Shown here: positions 39,459-48,436 of the stretch, piece by piece
Position numbering within the stretch: the first letter of the stretch is position 1
How the letters are laid out: each line of letters begins with the position of its first letter
The notes under the pieces: generated by a model
Database searches by the model: none
What the model saw: the letters and a program-made list of their open reading frames with translations, nothing else
Told to the model about the DNA's origin: nothing
From: Oikopleura dioica
Lineage: Eukaryota > Animalia > Chordata
DNA: 64,000 nt
Direction of reading: 5' to 3'
Assembly: GCA_907165135.1 (NCBI GenBank)
Contig: OU015569.1
Coordinates: 7,874,001-7,938,000 of the forward strand
Made by a program: the position numbers and the translations under genes

Positions 39459-41488
39459 TTAGAAGAGCTTCTTCGAGGTAGATTTACTGCTTACACCTCG
39501 TCCAGGGGCGATCGTCTTCGATCGCGAAATTCTGTCTCGGCTTCGCGTGTGCCTAAAAGTCATATTGACAACTCTGTAAAAATATGAGGCAATCTCTGTG
39601 TGAGAGAAACTGGATAAAACTCATTGTTTCTGTCACACAGAGAAAAAACATGCAATAAATGTCGATGGCAGTATTTTTGATAAGTGGTTGTTGATAAAGG
39701 GCGTTGATAAATTTTTACCGATAAGGGGTGTCTGGAGATCCCCCAAAAGGAATGGGCTTGATCTTGACTTGGGTCTCACTATTTTATAACGAATGTTAAA
39801 AATTGTCGATTTAAGTTAAAAAGGGTCTCTTACCCAGCTGGTCCAACAGGGCAATTCGTGTGGTACGCCCGTACCGCGCTAAAAAATGATTAGTTCTTTA
39901 ATATTAGTATTAGAAATTACCGTCGTCTTTCTCTCGCTTTTCTCTCTGCACGTTCGCGTATTTTTTCGTGTCTATGCGAATCCCTCTGCTCGATTCTATG
40001 ATTTGCATCTAGCTCAGCGACGTACATTGGCGCCCGTCCTTCGTTCGAGGCGACGTAGATGCCCGCTGGAACTTCTTCAATGGGGTAATCCCTCCAGAAT
40101 CCTTTGAAACCCCCTTTAAGCACTCGAGTAAAGGGGAAGGCGAGCATGGGCCACTTGTGGACCTAAAAGCTCATTTTTAGGAAAAGAAAGAATAACGTGA
40201 AGAAGAAGATTGCGTCACTCAACAATGACGTCATCTAGCTGTTATGCAATAAAGAAACTTACAGCACGATCGTGTCCACGGAACCACTCCCTTTCTTTGG
40301 GTCCTCGCTTCTGTGAGAATTCACAGTGAAAAACGATGACTGTGTTTTGGCCATCGATTTTCGAGTCGTCAAATGTGTGTTTGAGCAGGACTTGTTTCCA
40401 GTCAGCTTCCCCACCGTAGTTGGAGTTGATTGCTCCTAAATTGTTGGAATTCGAGAAAAGCGTTCAAGAAAGTACCTTTGAAATGACCAGCTTTATGTTC
40501 GTAGCCGTATCGGCAATCGAGAACGAGCATATTTTTGAATGGCTGATCTGAGAAATCGCCACGAATGAGCTTGTAAAATTCTGCAGGCTCGATGAATGTT
40601 TTCTCGACTTCTTTTTGAAATCGAAATGAAATTTCTTGAACTTCTTGAAAGGTGGCTCTCCCTCGCTGGGAATAGAAAGCCATTCGCAGTTGAGGCGGCG
40701 TTTTGAAGAAAGTGATCTTCTGAGGTCATAAACCTTGACGACTTCGACGCTGGTAATCGATGGCATCTTGACATCTTCATCGTCAATAATCGTTGAAGAC
40801 TCGGTTGCCCTTTCCTCGACGGTTTCGGGGCATTCGTTCTTTTCCTCTTCTTCCTCTTCGTCGCCTGTGGCAAGTTCTTCTTCGGAAGTAATTCCAGTGT
40901 CGCCTGGAGACTGAAGGAAGGAGGAATCTTGTGAAGACGGCGAGAACCCTTGAAAAGGCACCGATTTGCTCGTTGGAGTTAGAAAAAGCGAATCTGCAGG
41001 TGGTCGAGAAACATGAGCAGCGTCACGAGCGTGCTCGAATTCTTCTGGCGCCGGGAAGACATTTGAGGTAGAGGGTTCATCGATCGTCGTCTCGCTAGAA
41101 TTTTCCTTCTCCGAGGAATCCATGTGACCAGAAGAGCGAGTCGGACCAGGGAAAACCAAAGGGCTCTTCAAGGAGGAGAAAGACTCTCCTTCTCCGACGG
41201 AAGATTGCGAAAAGCGAAAGTCGGACGAGTTGGAATCGTCGCTGAACATATGATGCTCAAAATCGAATCCAGAGCAAGTATCGCCTTGGTCGGGGATAGG
41301 TCTGAAATGTTGATACAAGATTCGGGATAATGGAAAAGTCTTTACTCATATTCCGAACATTCGGACAGCTTTTGCCGTCGTCCAACGATACATTCTTCTT
41401 CTTTCTCGCCTTCGTCAAAACAGTCTTTTTCGAGCTTGTTAGAAATATCTTCCAAGGGTTGCCGACTTCGATCTAAGGTTTCCCGCAT
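39459..41488 (-). CDS. CDC25: CDC25 dual-specificity phosphatase
   Basis: LVLDCRYGYEHKAGHFKGAIN; IVFHCEFSQKRGP (HCX5R active site); VLKGGFKGFW; N-terminal D-box RQPLEDISN and KEN box; C-terminus ...SKKLF* reached via short exons. Confidence 0.95.
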
Positions 41489-41532
41489 CAATCAGAATTC
41501 TAAAAATAAAAGAAAATTGTTGGTATTTATCA

Positions 41533-43183
41533 TTAGCATTCAGTGGAACTTTTAGAATGAGCTGGAGTTGAAGATACGGAATTAATGAAAGAGAGAATTT
41601 CTGAATAAAGGTAGGCCGGAGCGCGCGTCCCCCAGATAAAGTCCAGATGGTCCCACCCGTCTAGGAGGTGCTCTTCCACGACATTTGGTAGCTGCGATGA
41701 AGCCCAGTTCACGTCCTCTACGTCTGACAAGTTATCATCAGATCTGAAACGCCAATCAGTTTTTCTCGGGCAAAAGAACTTACGCGTAGTAGAGAATAAC
41801 GGGCACATGGACTTCCGTCAAGTCAAAAACTGGTGGCGACTCGGAGAGGTAGTTGTTGATATTGGCGGCTTTGTGATCATACTTTTGCATCCTCTGTGAT
41901 TTTATCAACTGGCAGAAATGGATAAGATTTTGAAGTGAAGTGCCAGAAGGTGTGTGTGCTAAAAACATGTTCTAGAAAATTCAAAGTCGTTAAGTTTACC
42001 TGTATAAACTGGAAGGTATTTTCTGAAGTAGTGAGATGGATTGAAGCCAGTGATGAGTCCCATGAAGCTATTGGCTTGATCTTCAATCGTTATAAGGGGC
42101 GTCTTTCGCAGCATTTTGTGCATTTGAGTATTGAGCCAGCGACCGATCTTTGTGTTGGGCAAGACTTCTTGGCCTCCTATCAGGCTCTGTCCCGTTTCTG
42201 CAATGTCTGCTAAACCAGCTAAGTGTTTGATTGGACTCGTCAAGTGTTTCAGTCTTGTAATCGGAGCAAGAGCAAAGAATGATCTAAGCCGGGATTATTT
42301 TGGGGTTAAGAGTAAATTTGAGTACCTGATCTTCCGACGTTCTTCTCTTGGAGCTTCGGACAAGTATGCGAACATGATGAGCGTCCCCTGACTGTGCCCA
42401 ACGTAGAAAAGATTCGGGTGATTAGATGTTTTCAGGACTGCATCGACCGTGGCAGGCACATCATATTTGGCTCTCAAATGGATCGACTAATCTCACTTTT
42501 TAATAGTTTCGTATTAATGCAATCCTCTAGTAGATTTCTTGCTCTCAATTGGCAATAGACTATTGCCAATAGTGACGACCAAGAAATTATCTTCCTCAGC
42601 CGCACAGAAAAGTATTCCGCAGGAATACACCTACTATAAGCACAAAGAACGCGAACTAACCCATGCCTTTTTCTTGCCAACTCCAGCGCCAGAATTCTTG
42701 ATCATTGTGCTTGAGCGAGACATGGTTCCTACTGTACTTGTTCCCGCGCGAATTCGCCAAGTAAACATCGAGGCCATCTTTCGCCAGTATAAATGCTAAA
42801 TATTCCTTCGATGCGGTGAAGGATTAATTATTTTACCGAGAGAATCATGAGGGCCATTGGAGACCCAATGAGAAGCGCAGCCGAGTAGTCCGTGCTGGAG
42901 CAGAACTGGCTCTCTGACTGTTTTATTCGTCATGTGATCGAGGTCGCGGACGCGAAAGACTTGTAGGATGAAGCCATCAATGGTCGTCACGGTTAGTTCT
43001 TCGCAGCTGAGGCCTAGGATTGAAATCTTTGGAAGACAAAAGCGATTCTTGTCTACGAGTTCAGCACCTTTCAGGCCCTGTTGCTTTGAACAAATCAGTA
43101 AATCTCAACCCTAAACTGAATCCGTTGTAGCGAACAATGTCAGGCACGTCCAATGTTGCTTCTAGCGGGATATCGTTTTCCAT
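41533..43183 (-). CDS. Acid lipase (LIPA/gastric lipase family); first exon(s) uncertain, possibly at 43697-43706
   Basis: TTIDGFIL; PVLLQHGLL; LANSRGNKYSRNH; YVGHSQGT (catalytic Ser); ALAP; HTPSGTSLQNLIHFCQ; WDHLDFIWG (catalytic His). Confidence 0.93.
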
Positions 43184-43584
43184 CCCTGTAAAAATTATGT
43201 CTGTGGATAAATTAATATCAAGCTAAGTTCTGAAGAATACAAATTGTACCTTAGAATCACAAATACCTGGATCAGAAGCCGATACGAGAAATAATTATTA
43301 AATAAATATTAGCTCAGGGATTATGAACAATTGACATCAGTTGCATAGCATTTCGTTTCGCCCATAAATGGTAGTAGCGCGAGAATGGGCCTTGCTCTTG
43401 GATCTTTGGCTCGCCGCGACCGCCCACTCACATTCTGCGACGGACCAAACCACTCACCGCGTTCAAAGAGAGCCTGTCTGTCGACCACAGTCTGAAAAGC
43501 GTCTTACTCATCCAACGTTAAAAAACTCGAATAATAACGATAGGATAAATCAGAAAACCGCACTCTAGAACAGTCGATCTTGTA

Positions 43585-45992
43585 ATGGAGGACTCACTGC
43601 GCGAAACTGTCTACTCAGGTTCGGTTCAGTATTTTCCGTATTTTTCGTTTTTTAAATTCCAATCTAATTCTTAAAAATCGGCGTAGCTCCACTTACCTGT
43701 TGCCATTGATGTTTGTCAACTTGCCCCTGCGCGTCGCTTATATAGCTAAAAATTTTTAACAAAAGAAAACAATTCTAGAGCCGAATGTTAACAATGTAAA
43801 ATCTCTTCGATTTTGAAAATTTGGCATCATTAAATTTTAACAATTAAATAAGTTAAAGTTTGTCTTGGAAATCGTTTTTAATAAAAAAAAAAAATTAAAC
43901 CTCAAATGCAGAATATGTGGAGGCCTGGAAAATTCATGAGAAATCGTCGCCGGAGGAAAAGCCGTTCGAAAATCAATATGCTGCTTTGAAAAAATTGGAG
44001 AAGATTCATGCTAGCTTGGAGGAAGAACTCTCCGACGAGGGAATCATCATGAAAGCGTCGCTGGAGCACTTCATCGGAAAGATCCATTACACGAGTGAAG
44101 ACAGACCCAGTGCGGTCCAGTCTCTGCAAAAGAGTCTTCGCACGCTAGAAGCCAACCTCTTTGACAACCGGGTGAGTACGGTCCTCGACGACTATAGAAA
44201 GATTATTTTCTAGGCGTTGGCTATTTTCATGAAGGCGACGAATGATCTGGCGATAATCTATTGCGAGAGAGAAGAGTACTCGAGTTCGTATGCGCTATTG
44301 AAACAAGGAGAGAAAGTTTACGAAGAAATCGGCGAGAAATCGATTCCTCTGAGCAGCATCTGGGACAGCTGGGAAATACTCAAGCCTGGCAATGAGCGAA
44401 ACACAGCAGACGGTAGAAAAGACGCCTTCGAAGAGGTCTACACGCACACTCTCTTCTACCTATCACAAACCTGCCAAAATTTAGGCAAAGTTGGCGAATC
44501 GTCGGACTACTGCGGAAGATGCCTCCATCGTCAGCTGAGGACAATTAGCTCGAAAGGTCGGCGTTCAAATCCAAGACTGCGTGCCGAAATTAAATTGCGG
44601 CGCTATCACGAGCTCACTTCTTTTACATATTTGATGTTCAGTATTGATTGCACTTACTTTCGAGGCAGTGCTGTTAAGGAAAGATTTACTTGCAGTGAAG
44701 GTTGAATTGAACGCAGAGACAAGAGGATTTCCAGCAGTTTTCGCTCCACGCAGCATGTCTTGGTCAATACTATCTGACGACGGACGACTACCTGTCGGCG
44801 AAAACGTGTCTTCTCGCCGCAAACAGAATCTTCGCGCAAGTTGATACTGTATCAAGCGATGATGGCGAGTTCGGCCGGAAAATTGAGGAAACTCGTAATG
44901 ACATTAAAAGATGCTGGATAAAATACTGCGTCGCTTTTTTGGAATGGTCATCTAAGAAACTGGCAATGAGAAGTGTAGCAGCTGAGCTAGAAGCCATAGA
45001 AGATGCGCAACCGCAGCAGTCAGCGATAAAGTTTGATTTGGAGAGGTTTAGCAAATATGAGGTATTGACAAAACAACATTTAATTTTTTCAGAAATATTT
45101 TCACAGTCTATTCGGACAGCTCTATTATCAATTTATCAATAATTTGCGCGATCATTCTCTGTTCTTCTGGGGATAGATCCCCAAGCGATCATTTTATTGA
45201 TTTTCGAATCAGCCAATTTTCAGGACGAATGCCAGAATATACCTTCCAAGGCAGTCCATGTCCTGCCCGAAGCGAACAAGATACACAAGCTTACTCAGAA
45301 GCTGTGCGAGAAGTCACTGGAATTTTTCAAATTCGACGGTTACGTTATGGATCACGTAGAGATATCGCAGGATCTTTCAAAGTCGTGGAAGAATCTAGCG
45401 GAATTCGACACCAATTTCGAAAGAAGATGCAAAATGCACAAACGGCGAATTGACTTGCTTACACCTTTGGTGGCTGGACTCAATCCTCAATACTATTTGC
45501 AAGTCGTCCGTCAGCTTCAGTACGAAATCGGCGAAGTCTACTCCGAAATGACGGAGCTCAAGATGGCCATCGCAAACAACGATGAAGTTCCAACAGTTCA
45601 CCAAATCAAGAAAATCAATGTTCTTGCAAACTCGGGGATCAAGTTCTTCACAGGATTCATCGACTCGTGTCGCGAAGCAGATAAAAAATTACCGAAGCGA
45701 TTCGAGAAGATTCTTGTTCGTCCTGTTTTGATGGCGCACTTTCATGTTGCTAGACTTTACGGGTGCGTTCCATAATCTTCACAGTGAGTAAGACATGAAA
45801 TCATTCAGAAAAATGATTTCGCCAGTGATGAGCGATCGCGTCGATTGGACCAAGAAAAGTTGGCAAGCATATAAAACGATTTTGATGTTCTGCGAGCAAG
45901 ATCCTTCAGCGAAAGACGAAATTCCGGATGAATATGACCTCGTGATTGAAATGGACGCATTGATGCCACAAAAACTTCAGCAGCTTAATTAA
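43585..45992 (+). CDS. KIFBP: Kinesin-binding protein (KBP/KIAA1279)
   Basis: SPEEKPFENQY; FEEVYTHTLFYLSQ..YCGRCLHRQL; IKRCWIKYC; FFKFDGYVMDHVEI; RRCKMHKRRIDLL; VRQLQYEIGEVY; FHVARLY. Exon 1 MEDSLRETVYS is spliced across intron 43619-43911. Confidence 0.95.
43697..43744 (-). promoter_or_regulatory. TATA box plus micro first exon (ATGGCAACAG|gtaagt) on the minus strand inside KIFBP intron 1
   Basis: Minus strand has TATATAA at 43738-43744, ATG at 43706 and a consensus donor GTAAGT at 43691-43696. Phase 1 fits the lipase acceptor (cag|GG ATG GAA AAC). Confidence 0.5.
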
Positions 45993-46050
45993 AAGTTTCA
46001 GTCAGAGACATTCCTTCAGAGTCACAAATGCTTCAATTTGCAATCCCGCT

Positions 46051-46171
46051 CAGGCTTCGAAAAAATGAGTCTCCGCGTTGTCTCTTCTCGATAACTGAGA
46101 CAGCGTGAGTGTCTCCATGAGGATGAATCACCGATAAAGAGGCAGCTCGGAGACTCATTTTTCGAACCCTG
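46051..46171. mobile_element. 121-bp hAT-type MITE with 8-bp TSD
   Basis: TIRs CAGGCTTCGAAAAAATGAGTCTCCG / CGGAGACTCATTTTTCGAACCCTG. Exact ATCCCGCT on both sides (46043-46050 and 46172-46179). Confidence 0.9.
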
Positions 46172-46243
46172 ATCCCGCTTTATTTATTATAACCTTCATT
46201 CACCATTTGTAATTAAATAAGTGCTTAGAATTGGTCTTTTAGA

Positions 46244-47724
46244 ATGTTGTTACACATCGCAATATTGCTCGCAATATTGCCAGAGACAAACTCTCGTCGA
46301 GGAGGAGGTAGCCGGGGAAGTGGCCGCACAAGCAGCCGCACAAGCAGTCGATACAACAAACCCACTTCATATAACAGACAGTCAACAAGTTATTCGAACA
46401 AAAACTATGGTGGTACGTCAAATCCTACATATTATAATAATAAGCAAAATCATGGCACGTCGTATACAAAGCCTAGAGATTCGTACAGTGGATCTAACTC
46501 ATACAAAAATAAGTATGGAAACTCTGGATACGGCGGCGTACCTTTAGCAGGTGACTATGGGGTTAGCGCGCTGTGAAAGCATTTTATTAATTTAATAAAA
46601 TCGTGTGCGGTAACGCCTGGTAGTATCCTTGATAACCATTGTGGATTTAAGGACAATCGGGCAGCTGGAACAGTCGACAAACTTACAAAGGTCCGACGTC
46701 TTATGCAGGTATGATTAATTATGAGAGTCTTTATAAACACTATCAGGTGGTACCTCGTGGAGTAGAACCAGCCCTCCCGTCAGTTCCAGCACGCTTAAGT
46801 CCTACAAAAACCCCAATTACTACGGTCTTCAGCAATCCGCAAAGAAGAAATCTATGTTTAGCAAGGTCAAAACCCCTTTGATGGTTGCAGGAGGTGCGTA
46901 CTTGGGATACAAGCTTGGCAAAGGCATCGGTCAGCTCTCCATGCTGAGGTAGGATTACGACTATCCTACATCCATTAAATTGCGAACCTAGTAATCCTTA
47001 CTCTTTGATGTCTCCTATGTATGGCGGTTATGGATACGGACCTTACTATAACTATGGGGGTTATCAACATAGCTACTGGCACTCGCAGCCAACGATGTAC
47101 CGGGAATATGCTTATAACAAGTACCCAGATCTAAAGACGGACTCATGCTACGAGTGCTCTTCTATCGGCGGGAGCAACCCCATTTGCGACGATATGGACG
47201 ATAAATACGGCGCCTCCTCTACAAACGCGTACGTAACTTCTTTTCATTCTTCTCTTATCTGTTTTCTAGTTTCCGAACGAAGTGCCCACAAGAAGGCTCC
47301 GTCTGTGTCGTTACTGTTGGACGAGTGTTTCCTGTAGTGAGCGAGGCAATGCCAGCAATTGACCCAAACAACACTGATCCGAATACGTTGAAGAAGTGGG
47401 AAGGCAAATCATTCACTCGGCGTGCATGCGTTCCGCCCAACCGCCAGAACGTGTGCGACGCGTACTGCCCAACTCCAATTCCTGGCTCTGATGTGTGAGT
47501 ATTTCGTCCTTTATTTTAGTTCAATGTCCTATACTCCGCAATTTAGGAAATACGCCGACGAGTGTGATATTTACATGTGTAACATGTGCGATACTGAGTC
47601 TTGCAACTCTTGGGGTCTCCTCTCCATGCCCGACAAAAATAACATAGAGACCGGTCGCGATTCGCAAGCAGCTTTCCAAGCGACAATCCCTCTTATGCTC
47701 GTTCTTCTCATGCTTTTCAATTGA
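46244..47724 (+). CDS. Secreted GPI-anchored protein: PrP/Shadoo-like low-complexity N-half plus Ly6/uPAR (three-finger)-like domain, 5 exons
   Basis: All introns are GT-AG and phase-compatible (46551-46746, 46949-46991, then two short introns). Signal peptide; RRGGGSRGSGR; Y/N/S/G-rich region; KKKSMFSKVK-TPLMVAGGAYLGYKLG; 12-Cys domain CYEC...CN; hydrophobic C-terminus IPLMLVLLMLFN*. Confidence 0.8.
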
Positions 47725-47826
47725 AGCTTTAAAATTTTTAAACTTATTAATATTCGCAATTTTATATCCAATATTGATATAGAATAAGCTAAAAATGCCC
47801 TTAAAAGTTATAACACTTATTGAAAA

Positions 47827-48195
47827 ATGCTCTCATCTCGCCTGCGATCCTTACTTTCTCAAATACCTGAACAGTCTCGTTGTATCCTTGTAGCCAAGAT
47901 TAATGCACCACATCTTCAACATTTACCTTTTTTCCGTATTAACTTAAAACTTCTCGAAATATCCCGTAAAGATTTTGTTCCATCTCAAATGCTTGCCTTG
48001 AACTCTTTCATTTCGAAACTGAAATCAATGAATAAAAAGTTTCCAGAATGTCAAGACCTTATTGTCAAAAATATGCCTGCATTATTCAAGAGTAAGCTGC
48101 ACACTCTTCCTCATTCTTGTAACGGTCTTTTATCTACATTTTAGTTGCATGGAGCGCTACAGGCATGATCAGAAAAAATGTCAAAACGCAATAGG
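47827..48195 (+). CDS. Possible small orphan gene (mitochondrial presequence-like start); exon structure unresolved
   Basis: MLSSRLRSLLSQ... ORF with a GTAAG donor near 48092 and a TTTTAG acceptor near 48144. No family recognised. Confidence 0.25.
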
Positions 48196-48436
48196 GAAAT
48201 GGTTAAAGCAAAGCAGGTCTAGGAAATTTATAAATGTGTGCAAAACTAGATAACATGGTCATTTAACCTATATAGATGACCTGGCAAAATGCTGCGATAA
48301 GCTTATTTCTATGAAGAAGACATCAGTTTCCTGCCAAGGATCGTTTCCGACTTCGTACAAGAGACCATCTGATAGTTCTTCTTAACTTTTGACAGTGGTA
48401 TTTGTTACGGACTTAGGCAAATTTGAGTTTTTAAGA

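Noticed and set aside
44557-44723. 8-bp inverted repeat (GCGTTCAA/TTGAACGC) near both ends of a 167-nt KIFBP intron
   Set aside because: Too short to distinguish from chance and no TSD-like duplication, so not called as a second introner.
44565-45054. Possible antisense gene inside KIFBP
   Set aside because: 44724-45060 is a KIFBP exon (…IKRCWIKYC…); the minus ORFs are its shadow.
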